Source: a virus
Length of the DNA: 64,000 nt
Reading direction: 5' to 3' (one strand)
Virus record (IMG/VR): IMGVR_UViG_3300037336_000025
Coordinates: 64,001-128,000 of that record
The notes under the pieces were generated by a model, which searched no databases, was not told the DNA's origin, and saw only the letters and a program-made list of their open reading frames with translations. Numbering within the stretch: position 1 is the stretch's first letter; every line of letters begins with the position of its first letter. Below are positions 18,883-27,790 of this stretch, piece after piece. The position numbers and the translations under genes were made by a program.

Positions 18883-19113
18883 TTAAAAGAAAGGTAAGTT
18901 AGTTTTCTTTGTAGTCTCTAAGTTTTCTTTAATAATCTCAGCAACAATTTCTCTTTCATCATGACTTAGATTCATGCCTTCACTATAAGAAAGACCTCTC
19001 ATGTACCAACACATTTTGAGAACGTCTTTCTTGATTCCCTTAACCTCAGACTCCATCCGTTTGGCTATCTGTAAAATCTCCGGCAAAGGGCTGTTTAAGA
19101 TTTTACTGCGAAA
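18883..19113 (-). CDS. gp51-like C-terminal module, probably translated as the -1 frameshift extension of the gp26-like ORF
   Basis: The -1 frame is open from the slippery site: FRSKILNSPLPEILQIAKRMESEVKGIKKDVLKMCWYMRGLSYSEGMNLSHDEREIVAEIIKENLETTKKTNLPFF. No Shine-Dalgarno precedes the TTG at 19086. Confidence 0.6.
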   Translation of the reverse strand, partial: FRSKILNSPLPEILQIAKRMESEVKGIKKDVLKMCWYMRGLSYSEGMNLSHDEREIVAEIIKENLETTKKTNLPFF

Positions 19114-19119
19114 AAATTT
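19071..19119 (-). promoter_or_regulatory. Candidate -1 programmed ribosomal frameshift signal
   Basis: In-frame A_AAT_TTT (19119-19113), overlapping T_TTT_TTC, then a 6-nt spacer and a 9-bp stem GTAAAATCT/AGATTTTAC (19106-19098 with 19079-19071). Confidence 0.7.
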
Positions 19120-19961
19120 GATTGGTCCATTGTCACAGGTAGTAAGAACTCCTTATGACAGTCTCCGCATTGGACATCTTTTGCTTTAAACTCTATAGTA
19201 TCTTTAATTTTAGTAATGTGTGTTTGGATAGCTTCAAATACATCTTTAGATGAATTATTAATAAAGTCTTTGATCTGAACTTTATCGTCAGTGGATCCGT
19301 CTGGAGTTTCAATATGTGTAATGCAATCTGCAATAATATCAACTGTGAGTTCAGTTAGTCTAACAAAACTTTCACCAAACTTTTCTAACTTTAGTTCATC
19401 GCTGATTTCTTCATTATTGATAATACTAAAAATCTTCTGTTGCTCTAGTGTTTTAATTGATGCTTTTGTAACTTCTTTATAGTTGTAAGGTCTCACATGC
19501 ACGTTTAGCGGCCCAGCTTCTACAATTGAATTGTAAGTAAATTGGCTAAAGATACCAATCCAGTCTGACAGGTTGATATCGTAGGTATTTTCTTCTTTGC
19601 AATGTGGACAGTCTACTCTAACTTCCATGTTTTCGCCGTAGGTAGCGATGCGGATAGCAATGAGTGCAAAGTCTAGATCAATACTGGGCATTGCCCAGGG
19701 ATCTAAAATAGCAGGAATACAACTTTTAATAACTTCAACTGTACTTTGCCCGCTTAACAGTGCATCAGGAGTTTTAAACATTAACTCGTCTTTGGCAGTC
19801 ATTGAGTATACAGGATATTCTTCGTTTGCACTAACGTCTAATGCACCTGGGGGATAGAATCGACCTTGACTAGGCAATCTCACATAGATTTTAGGCTGTC
19901 TATACCAATTAGCCAAAGGATTTAATTTTGGCGTTTGCGGTATATTTACATTTTGATTCAT
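19095..19961 (-). CDS. gp26: Baseplate hub assembly protein, gp26-like (288 aa from ATG 19961)
   Basis: NPLANWYRQPKIYVRLPSQGRFYP...SMTAKDELMFKTPDALLSG...CPHC...CGDC zinc-ribbon pairs; GGAGA SD before ATG 19961 (the ORF-track start at 20045 overlaps the divergent gene). Confidence 0.75.
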   Translation of the reverse strand: MNQNVNIPQTPKLNPLANWYRQPKIYVRLPSQGRFYPPGALDVSANEEYPVYSMTAKDELMFKTPDALLSGQSTVEVIKSCIPAILDPWAMPSIDLDFALIAIRIATYGENMEVRVDCPHCKEENTYDINLSDWIGIFSQFTYNSIVEAGPLNVHVRPYNYKEVTKASIKTLEQQKIFSIINNEEISDELKLEKFGESFVRLTELTVDIIADCITHIETPDGSTDDKVQIKDFINNSSKDVFEAIQTHITKIKDTIEFKAKDVQCGDCHKEFLLPVTMDQSNFFAVKS

Positions 19962-19973
19962 ATTTTTCTCCGA

Positions 19974-20001
19974 TAAATACAATAGTGTTATAACGTATTT
20001 A
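19974..20001. promoter_or_regulatory. Overlapping divergent late promoters (TAAATA + at 19974-79; TAAATA - at 20001-19996)
   Basis: One core faces the tape measure/head operon, the other faces gp26. Confidence 0.6.
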
Positions 20002-20029
20002 TGTACGCAGTTTACCAGGAATTTATTTA

Positions 20030-22528
20030 ATGGCATCAGTAACAATTGATATACCAGGCATAGGAAATGTAGAAGCTAAGAATGCAGCGTCTGAAGCCAC
20101 CTTACGAGAGTTAGTCAGTGCTATTAAGGGAATGAAAGGTGGAAAAGGTAATAAAGACGACGAAAAGAATCAGAGAGATCGAAATAAAAATCAGAAAGAA
20201 GATAACGGTAACCGGAAAGCTAGCACTGATCATTTTAAAAGACTAACAGTTGGTATCAGTAGCGTTGTTGGAGGGTTCTTTACTCTAGGTAATAAACTAA
20301 CCAGCACTGTTAGCCAGTTCGCTCAGTTAGATGGTTCAATTACAGATGCAGCTGATATATTTAAACAGTTACCAATTGTGGGCGGCCTAGTAGGTGGAGC
20401 ATTTGGAGCAGTTGCTGGCGCAGCTGATAGAGTTACTAAATCATTTGTAAATGCCGCAGGCGGCGGAGCAAGTTTCGGTGGAAGCATGGCTAGTTTCTCT
20501 GCATCAGCATCTCAAGCTGGCATGAACATGGCAGAATTTGGATCATTAATTAAAAATAACGGCGCTGGCTTGATGGCCTTTGGTACAACTACCGAAGATG
20601 GTGCTAAAAACTTTGCACAAGTTTCAAAATCAGTACGGTCAACTAGTTCAGAGTTATATGCACTAGGTATGAGTAGTCAAGAAATTAATGGCGGTCTTAT
20701 TCGATATGGTGCGTTATTAAGAAGTCAAGGGTTGTCTGGCGGTAAGACTAATGCTCAACTAGCACAAGGTGCAAGGACATATCTAAAAGAGATGGACGGC
20801 CTTGCAAAGATTACCGGCGAAGAACGTTCTGCTAAAGAAGCACAAGCAGCAACACTGGCTAAAGATGCACAGTTCCAAGCAGCAATGGCTGGACAAAACG
20901 AAGAAGTACAAAAGTCTTTTAGAAATACTGTTCTCGGATTGCCAGAACCGTTGCAGAACTTTACCAAAGATATGTTGGCCAACGGTACAGCAACTACTGA
21001 AGAGAATCAAAAGTTGTTAGCGCAATTGCCTCAGTCGGCGGCTATGTTAACTACTATGCAACAGAAGATGCAGCGTGGTGAAGCGGTTACTGATGCAGAA
21101 CGTAACGCTCTTAACAATAAAATGAAGGAAGAGGGTGCAAAGAATCTAAAAAATATTAAAAGTGCAGCAGCAGCCGATGCTAGTCTTGCAGGAACCACTA
21201 ATGCACTGGCAGCCACTTACCAAATTGCCACAGACGGTGTGAAGAAAGCAGGGGAACAACAGGGCGAAGCTGCAAAGAACACTGACAAGATGAATGAGAA
21301 GATGCAAAAGTTTCAGCAAAGTCTTGCAGAAATTGGAAACGCTTTTTCAATGGCATTAGCTGGAAGTGGTATGCTTGATGTATTAATGGGAGCATTTAAA
21401 ATTGTTGCCGATCTAGTAACAACTTATGTGTTACCTGCCTTTATGATTTTTAGCGATATTATTACACAAGTTGGTATGTATCTTGTAACAAATTTAAAAC
21501 CAATATTTGAAAGTATTGGAAACTTTATTAGAGATAGCCTGTACCCAGCTTTCCTAACTTTGGCAGCATTTGTGTTGGTAGATATTGTTCCAGTACTGCA
21601 AACAATGGCCACAGTAATATCCGAATATGTTACTCCGGTGTTATCTGTTATAGGTCAAGTATTTCAATCAGTTGCATCTTTCATTGCTGATAATTTTATG
21701 CCTATAATGTACGGTCTAGGTGCAGGGCTTGCAACATTAACTACTTTATATCTAATTAAAAACGGAGTATTACTAGCTGCAATTGTTGCGCAAAGCGCAT
21801 TAACTTTAGCAATGGCACTATTAACTAGTCCGATATTCTTACTTATTGCAGGCGTTGTTACATTAGTTGCTATTTTTAAATCATTATATGATAGTGGTTA
21901 CACATTTAGCTCTGCACTTGACATGATTGTTGACAATATTTTAAATTTAATAAACAAGATTACGTTTGGCTCAACAGGAATTAGTGACGATGAGCTCAAA
22001 TCTAGAAATGATAAACGAGATCTAGAAAAAGAAAAGATAGCAGCTGAGCGCGATGTTGATAGCAATAAAACTGCCAGAGCAGAAAAAGCTGCTGAAATTG
22101 ATAAAAAATTAATTACTTTAAAAGACAAACACGTTAAGAAATTAGGTGTTGAAAACGATAAAACAGAAGCAGCACAATCAAAGACTAATTTTAATACAAG
22201 CAACAGTTTAGATTTGTTAAAATCCGAAGTAGCAATTGCCGGAGGTCCAAAATCAGGCGGTATGGCCACAGCTGAAACCGGAAAGAGAGATATTGAAACT
22301 AAAAAAGAAGCTGAAGTTAAAGCCAAAGCAGACGAAGAAGAGATGAAGAAATCAGGAGGTGCCGCTACTGCTACTGCACCTACTCAAGAATCAGCAGAAT
22401 CATTACTTGCTAGCTTAAATACTAAGTTGGAGCAGTTAATAAAAGTAAATATGAACATGAAAGATGTTCAAGATAGACAGCTTACAGTGCAGCAAGGATT
22501 GAGCGGTGACTTATTTGCCAGCGTCTAA
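20030..22528 (+). CDS. Tail tape measure protein (gp29-like)
   Basis: 832 aa, Ala/Gly/Gln-rich helical, periodic aromatic residues and long hydrophobic segments (about aa 455-615); located between gp26 and the portal. Confidence 0.75.
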   Translation: MASVTIDIPGIGNVEAKNAASEATLRELVSAIKGMKGGKGNKDDEKNQRDRNKNQKEDNGNRKASTDHFKRLTVGISSVVGGFFTLGNKLTSTVSQFAQLDGSITDAADIFKQLPIVGGLVGGAFGAVAGAADRVTKSFVNAAGGGASFGGSMASFSASASQAGMNMAEFGSLIKNNGAGLMAFGTTTEDGAKNFAQVSKSVRSTSSELYALGMSSQEINGGLIRYGALLRSQGLSGGKTNAQLAQGARTYLKEMDGLAKITGEERSAKEAQAATLAKDAQFQAAMAGQNEEVQKSFRNTVLGLPEPLQNFTKDMLANGTATTEENQKLLAQLPQSAAMLTTMQQKMQRGEAVTDAERNALNNKMKEEGAKNLKNIKSAAAADASLAGTTNALAATYQIATDGVKKAGEQQGEAAKNTDKMNEKMQKFQQSLAEIGNAFSMALAGSGMLDVLMGAFKIVADLVTTYVLPAFMIFSDIITQVGMYLVTNLKPIFESIGNFIRDSLYPAFLTLAAFVLVDIVPVLQTMATVISEYVTPVLSVIGQVFQSVASFIADNFMPIMYGLGAGLATLTTLYLIKNGVLLAAIVAQSALTLAMALLTSPIFLLIAGVVTLVAIFKSLYDSGYTFSSALDMIVDNILNLINKITFGSTGISDDELKSRNDKRDLEKEKIAAERDVDSNKTARAEKAAEIDKKLITLKDKHVKKLGVENDKTEAAQSKTNFNTSNSLDLLKSEVAIAGGPKSGGMATAETGKRDIETKKEAEVKAKADEEEMKKSGGAATATAPTQESAESLLASLNTKLEQLIKVNMNMKDVQDRQLTVQQGLSGDLFASV

Positions 22529-22543
22529 TAATAGGATAATATA

Positions 22544-24247
22544 ATGAGTTGGAAAAAATACTTCACCCCAGTAGACACATCGAATCAATCAGGATCAATG
22601 AGTCCATTGGGCGGCCAAGGGCGGCCCGGGCCAGCTCGTACTAATTACTCAAGCTACTTGCCAGATGTATACGCAGGTAGTCCGAACCGTATTGAAAAGT
22701 ATATTCAATACGACACAATGGATATGGACAGTGAAGTTAACGCTGCATTAGATATCCTTGCTGAATTTTGTACACAGCGCGATAAAGAAAACGAAACACC
22801 GTTTAGTACACACTTCCGCGGCAAGCCAACTAGCACTGAAGTTAAACTAATTAAAGACAGCCTGCAGAAGTGGGTCAAGCAACAACAATTTGAAACACGT
22901 ATATTCCGCATTGTGCGTAATGCATTCAAATACGGCGACTGTTTCTTTGTACGTGATCCTGAAACTAAAAAATGGCTATTTGTTGATGCTGCTAAAGTAA
23001 GCAAAATTATTGTAAACGAAAGCGAAGGTAAAGTTCCTGAGCAGTATGTTATTAAAGATATGAACTTCAACTTTGCAAATCTAGTTGCAGTTACTCCACA
23101 CGGAACATCTAACACTAGCCCTAGCGGTACAAGCTCTTACACCACAGGTGGCGGATTTGGACGCGGTATGGTTGGTGATATGGGACAGTCTCCTGGTACA
23201 CGTTTTCAAAATGCTTCAAACGAATTTTGCGTTGATGCAAAAGATGTTGTGCATATTTCATTAAGTGAAGGACTAGATAGAAACTATCCTTTCGGCAATA
23301 GCTTGCTAGAATCAGTATTCAAAGTTTACAAGCAAAAAGAATTGCTGGAAGATGCAATTATTATCTATCGTATTCAACGTGCGCCTGAACGTAGGATTTT
23401 CTATGTTGACGTGGGTAATATGCCAGCACACATGGCCATGAGCTTTGTTGAACGTGTTAAAAACGAAATACAGCAGCGCCGCATTCCTAGTGCTAGTGGC
23501 GGCGGTTCAAACATTGTTGACTCAAGTTATAATCCATTAAGCACTAACGAAGATTATTTCTTTCCGCAGACAGCAGAAGGTCGCGGATCAAAAGTAGAAA
23601 CGTTACCAGGCGGTACTAACCTAGGTGAAATTACTGACTTACGCTTCTTTACTAACAAGTTATTCCGTGCGTTGAGAATTCCCAGTGCTTACTTGCCAAC
23701 AGGTGTTGAAGAATCAAGTAACTCAGTTGCCGATGGCAAAGTTGGCACAGCATACATTCAAGAACTACGATTTAACAAGTACTGCGAACGGTTGCAGGCA
23801 ATGGTTGTCGAAACATTCGACTTAGAATTTAAGTTATGGATGCAGCACCAAGGCATCAATATTGATTCAAGTTTGTTTGACTTAAGATTTAATCCTCCGC
23901 AAAACTTTGCTGCTTACCGTCAAGCAGAACTTGATACTACTCGTGTTGGAGTGTTTGCGCAGGTGCAAGAAATTCCACATATGAGCAAACGTTTTGCTAT
24001 GAAACGATATCTTGGTCTTACTCAGGAAGAGATTGTAGAAAACGAAACATTATGGCGCGAAGAAAACGGCAACAAGCTAAAAGCATCTACAGATGCAGCA
24101 AGCGAGATGCGATCAGCAGGTATTACTCCAAGCGGTATGTCAGCTGATTTAGGCGGCCAAGATGAAACAGCTCCTGATGATATGGCAGCAGCAGCCGAAG
24201 CAGGCGCAGCAGCCCAGGCACCTGCAGAAGAACCTCCAGCAGTATAA
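22544..24247 (+). CDS. gp20: Portal protein
   Basis: MDMDSEVNAALDILAE, YGDCFF, LLEDAIIIYRIQRAPERRIFYVDVGNMP, EDYFFPQTAEGRGSKVETLPGGTNLGEITDLRFF are T4 gp20 motifs. Confidence 0.95.
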   Translation: MSWKKYFTPVDTSNQSGSMSPLGGQGRPGPARTNYSSYLPDVYAGSPNRIEKYIQYDTMDMDSEVNAALDILAEFCTQRDKENETPFSTHFRGKPTSTEVKLIKDSLQKWVKQQQFETRIFRIVRNAFKYGDCFFVRDPETKKWLFVDAAKVSKIIVNESEGKVPEQYVIKDMNFNFANLVAVTPHGTSNTSPSGTSSYTTGGGFGRGMVGDMGQSPGTRFQNASNEFCVDAKDVVHISLSEGLDRNYPFGNSLLESVFKVYKQKELLEDAIIIYRIQRAPERRIFYVDVGNMPAHMAMSFVERVKNEIQQRRIPSASGGGSNIVDSSYNPLSTNEDYFFPQTAEGRGSKVETLPGGTNLGEITDLRFFTNKLFRALRIPSAYLPTGVEESSNSVADGKVGTAYIQELRFNKYCERLQAMVVETFDLEFKLWMQHQGINIDSSLFDLRFNPPQNFAAYRQAELDTTRVGVFAQVQEIPHMSKRFAMKRYLGLTQEEIVENETLWREENGNKLKASTDAASEMRSAGITPSGMSADLGGQDETAPDDMAAAAEAGAAAQAPAEEPPAV

Positions 24248-24261
24248 GACTAAATACAAGT

Positions 24262-24504
24262 ATGCTCCTATTAGAATTTTTTTATTTCAACAACGAAAAT
24301 AACGACTTTGCTAACGATCGTAGATACGATAACAGTAAAGACAGTTCAGTTGTGAAAAAAAGCGACACTCGCAAGATTCGCTTAACACTAAGACAGATAA
24401 ATCAGCTTAGGTTACAATCTGAAGCGCACCAAGCAGAAGAAAATTCAGAGCAAGGGTTTATCCAACAGATGTATGGTATCCCAGTTGAAGCAGCAGCCGA
24501 ATAA
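24262..24504 (+). CDS. Small head-morphogenesis protein (gp68-like position), function unknown
   Basis: Directly after the portal; DTRKIRLTLRQINQLR; TAAATA-N5-ATG. Confidence 0.5.
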   Translation: MLLLEFFYFNNENNDFANDRRYDNSKDSSVVKKSDTRKIRLTLRQINQLRLQSEAHQAEENSEQGFIQQMYGIPVEAAAE

Positions 24505-25123
24505 TACTCCAGCATTTGTACTAGGAAATGGAACCAGCAGACTATCTGTTGATCCTAAATCTCTGCTACCTAAAGGTATTGTTTACGGATGTAATGCCCA
24601 GTATAGAGAATATGAACCACACGTTTTAATTGCAGTAGATGTTAAAATGGTTAATGAGATTATTGAGTCTGGCTATCATAAGACACACCAGGTATGGACT
24701 AATCCTAATAAAGGTATTAGCTCTAAAGCAGGTATAAATTTCTTTACACCTCATAAAGGTTGGTCAAGTGGTCCAACAGCACTATGGCATGCTGCAAGTC
24801 AAGGCCATAAAGAAGTTTACATTTTAGGGTTTGACTATCAAGGTATTGCTGGAAAGTTTAACAATGTATATGCAGATACATTTAACTACAAAAAATCAAC
24901 AGACGCAGCAACTTTTCATGGAAACTGGTTAAGCCAGACGGAAAAAGTTATTAAAGAGTTTAAAGGTATTAAATTTTATAGAGTTATACCGACAACTGCT
25001 TTTATTCCAGATAAACTTGGAAATCAGCTAGGTAATCTTAGCCATATAAGTTTTAGTCAATTTGAACAAAAATTTCCAGAAACTGCATATTCAGATCAAA
25101 CGAATCAAAAAACTATCATTTAA
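24473..25123 (+). CDS. Putative glycosyltransferase/nucleotide-binding enzyme (MAF/DUF115/CstII-like fold)
   Basis: AFVLGNGTSR...VYGCNA...LIAVD...SSGPTALWHAASQGHKEVYILGFD follows the GNGPS...CN...D...SG...GFD pattern of that family. Confidence 0.5.
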   Translation: MVSQLKQQPNNTPAFVLGNGTSRLSVDPKSLLPKGIVYGCNAQYREYEPHVLIAVDVKMVNEIIESGYHKTHQVWTNPNKGISSKAGINFFTPHKGWSSGPTALWHAASQGHKEVYILGFDYQGIAGKFNNVYADTFNYKKSTDAATFHGNWLSQTEKVIKEFKGIKFYRVIPTTAFIPDKLGNQLGNLSHISFSQFEQKFPETAYSDQTNQKTII

Positions 25124-25186
25124 CGCCGGTTTTAAATCTACGCATTAAATATACTACAGCCTAACAATCTTGAAGGAGAACATAAC

Positions 25187-26026
25187 ATGGCAGACAAAAA
25201 TATTTTAGAACAGATGCTAGCGCATCTAGTTAACGAAGACCAAGCTAAAGCAGAAGAACTATTCCACGAATACGTAGTTGCTGCTTCACGTGAAATTTAC
25301 GAAAATCTAATCGATTCCGAAATTTCTGAAGAAGAAGAAGAAGAAGACGAAGACGAAGAAGAAATGGACGAAGCAGCTGAAGATGAAGATGCTGAAGAAG
25401 ACAAGATGGATGAAAACTTCGAAGATATCGCATATGAAGGCGATGACGAAATGGGCGGCGACGCAACTGACGATCTAGAAAGTGATTTAGATATGGACAT
25501 GGGTCCAGAAGAAGATGACGAAGAAAAGTCCGAAGAAGAATTATTCCAAGATCTAGACAGTATTGTAGATGAACTACAAGCTAAGTTTGATGCATTGAAA
25601 GGTGGCGACATGGCTGACGACAGCGACGACATGGGCGACGAAATGGAAATGAAAGATGACTTTGATCTAGAAACAGTGCGTGAATATGTTGAGAAAGTTC
25701 CAGCAGGTCACGGCGCAGAAAAGAAAGGTCAATCCGAAAAAGCTGACGGCGGCAAGTCCCCAGTAGCTGGTAAGAATGATATGGGTGGTACAACTGCTAA
25801 CATCCTAAGCGGCCGTAACGGTAGCGAAGGTTCAGAGACAGGTGCATTAAAAGGCAACGGTCTGTTAAAAGGTAATCCAAAAGAACAAAATACAGGTAAC
25901 ATCAATGTCCCAGGCGGAAAAGCAGGTAGTGCTTTCTCCAAGAAAGAGCCAGGTCATGGTGCTGAGAAAAAGGGCGCAGCGGAAGGTTCCACTGATGGCC
26001 AAAGTCTTTTCCGTGGTCGTAGATAA
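25187..26026 (+). CDS. Acidic prohead core/scaffold protein (gp67-like)
   Basis: Very Glu/Asp-rich N-terminal two-thirds and a Gly/Lys-rich tail with PxGHGAEKKG twice; sits just before the prohead protease. Confidence 0.6.
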   Translation: MADKNILEQMLAHLVNEDQAKAEELFHEYVVAASREIYENLIDSEISEEEEEEDEDEEEMDEAAEDEDAEEDKMDENFEDIAYEGDDEMGGDATDDLESDLDMDMGPEEDDEEKSEEELFQDLDSIVDELQAKFDALKGGDMADDSDDMGDEMEMKDDFDLETVREYVEKVPAGHGAEKKGQSEKADGGKSPVAGKNDMGGTTANILSGRNGSEGSETGALKGNGLLKGNPKEQNTGNINVPGGKAGSAFSKKEPGHGAEKKGAAEGSTDGQSLFRGRR

Positions 26027-26035
26027 TAGGACCGA

Positions 26036-26671
26036 ATGGTGAAAAAATTTACTCTAGCAGAACATTTAAGTTACGATCAGGCTAAGATTGTTCTTGAGAG
26101 CGAAGAAGATGGTAACGGCGGTAAGTCGTTACATCTCAACGGGATTTGCATCCAAGGTGATATCCGCAATGCAAATCAACGTGTTTATTCTTCTCAAGAG
26201 ATTGGCAGGGCTGTCAAAACGCTCAACGAACAGATCTCTGGTGGTTACTCTGTGCTAGGTGAAGTTGATCATCCTCAGGATTTAAAAATTAATCTAGATC
26301 GTGTTAGTCATATGATTACCAAGATGTGGATGGATGGTCCTAACGGCTACGGAAAACTAAAAATCTTGCCAACACCAATGGGTAAATTAATTGAATCCAT
26401 GTTGACGGCAGGAGTTAAGTTGGGTGTAAGTTCAAGAGGATCCGGCGAAGTAGACGGCGGCGGCAATGTCCAGGGATTTGAAATTATCACTGTTGACATT
26501 GTTGCGCAGCCAAGCGCACCCGGAGCTTACCCAACTCCAGTATATGAGCACTTGATGAATAACACAGGTGGCTATCAGGCATTTAAAATGGCATCAGAAG
26601 TACAAGGCAACCCACAGGCACAAAGATATATAGCAGAGAGCTTGGTGAAAATCATCAAGGGTCTCAAATAA
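26036..26671 (+). CDS. gp21: Prohead protease
   Basis: GICIQGDIRNANQRVY, VLGEVDHP, GVKLGVSSRGSG, FEIITVDIVAQPSAPGAYP (His/Ser catalytic motifs of T4 gp21). Confidence 0.93.
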   Translation: MVKKFTLAEHLSYDQAKIVLESEEDGNGGKSLHLNGICIQGDIRNANQRVYSSQEIGRAVKTLNEQISGGYSVLGEVDHPQDLKINLDRVSHMITKMWMDGPNGYGKLKILPTPMGKLIESMLTAGVKLGVSSRGSGEVDGGGNVQGFEIITVDIVAQPSAPGAYPTPVYEHLMNNTGGYQAFKMASEVQGNPQAQRYIAESLVKIIKGLK

Positions 26672-26684
26672 AAAGGAGAATCAC

Positions 26685-27779
26685 ATGCTAGATTTCGTTA
26701 AACAATTATTTGAAAACAATGTGATTTCCGAGGACATCAAATCGGAGATTGAAACTGCTTGGAATACGCAGATTCAAGAATCTCGTGATCAAGTCACTGC
26801 TACACTACGTGAAGAATTTGCGCAGAAATATGCGCACGATAAAACCGCAATGGTTGAAGCTGTTGAAGGAATGTTAGCTGATCGCTTAACCGCAGAGCTA
26901 ACAGAACTTGCTGAAGACCGTCAAGGACTTATCGAAGCCCGTGCAAAATACGCTAGAAAAATGAAAGATGATGCGGCCACTATGGAATCATTCATCTTAA
27001 ATAATCTACGCAAAGAAATTGCAGAATTACACGAAGACCGTAACGCAGTTGCAGGCAACGTTGAAAAATTAGAGTCTTTTATTGTGGACTCACTAGCGAA
27101 AGAAATCGCAGAATTCCACAGCGACAAGAAAGATTTAGCTGAAACTAAAGTACGTCTAGTACGTGATAGTAGAGTTAAGTTTGAAGCTGTCAGGAAAGAT
27201 TTCATCGCTCGTTCAGCACAAATCATTGAAGAAACAGTCTCTAAGGGATTGAAATCTGAAATGACTCAGTTGAAAGAAGATATCAACTCTGCTCGCAGAA
27301 ACGACTTTGGTCGCAGAATTTTTGAATCATTCGCAAGCGAGTTTGCTGCAAGTCATCTAAATGAAAAATCTGAAACTGCACGCCTGTTAAAGGTAGTTGC
27401 ACAGAAAGAAATGGAATTAGAAGAAGCAGCAAAGATTGTTGCAGAAACAGAAAAATTAGTAGAAAGCAATAAAACTGAATTAAGAATCATTAAAGAATCC
27501 GCAAAGCGCACAGCAGTTATGGGCGAGTTGTTAGGACCATTAGGTGGTGATAAGCGTTCAGTAATGAGCCAACTATTAGAGTCAGTACAAACAGATAAGC
27601 TAAATGCAGCTTTTGACAAGTATCTACCAGCAGTAATGAATGGTGGAACTCCGGCCAAGAAAGCATTGACCGAAGGCAAAGAAATTACAGGCAATAAACA
27701 TCAGGCACAACAATTTAGCAGTGAAGAAAAAACTGCTGAAATATTTGACATCCGCAGGCTTGCGGGACTAAAAGTTTAA
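26685..27779 (+). CDS. gp22: Prohead core scaffolding protein
   Basis: Coiled-coil, Glu/Ala/Lys-rich, between protease and capsid genes; GRRIFESFASEF motif. Confidence 0.75.
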   Translation: MLDFVKQLFENNVISEDIKSEIETAWNTQIQESRDQVTATLREEFAQKYAHDKTAMVEAVEGMLADRLTAELTELAEDRQGLIEARAKYARKMKDDAATMESFILNNLRKEIAELHEDRNAVAGNVEKLESFIVDSLAKEIAEFHSDKKDLAETKVRLVRDSRVKFEAVRKDFIARSAQIIEETVSKGLKSEMTQLKEDINSARRNDFGRRIFESFASEFAASHLNEKSETARLLKVVAQKEMELEEAAKIVAETEKLVESNKTELRIIKESAKRTAVMGELLGPLGGDKRSVMSQLLESVQTDKLNAAFDKYLPAVMNGGTPAKKALTEGKEITGNKHQAQQFSSEEKTAEIFDIRRLAGLKV

Positions 27780-27790
27780 GGAGAACTATA

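Noticed and set aside
19962-20045. Longer ORF-track starts (gp26 at 20045, gp14 at 63354, carbamoyltransferase at 52578, fibre at 57732)
   Set aside because: They overlap promoters or divergent genes or lack an SD. Downstream ATGs have an SD or promoter context and typical N-termini.
25320-25410. GAA/GAC-rich low-complexity run
   Set aside because: It simply encodes the poly-Glu/Asp tract of the acidic scaffold protein.
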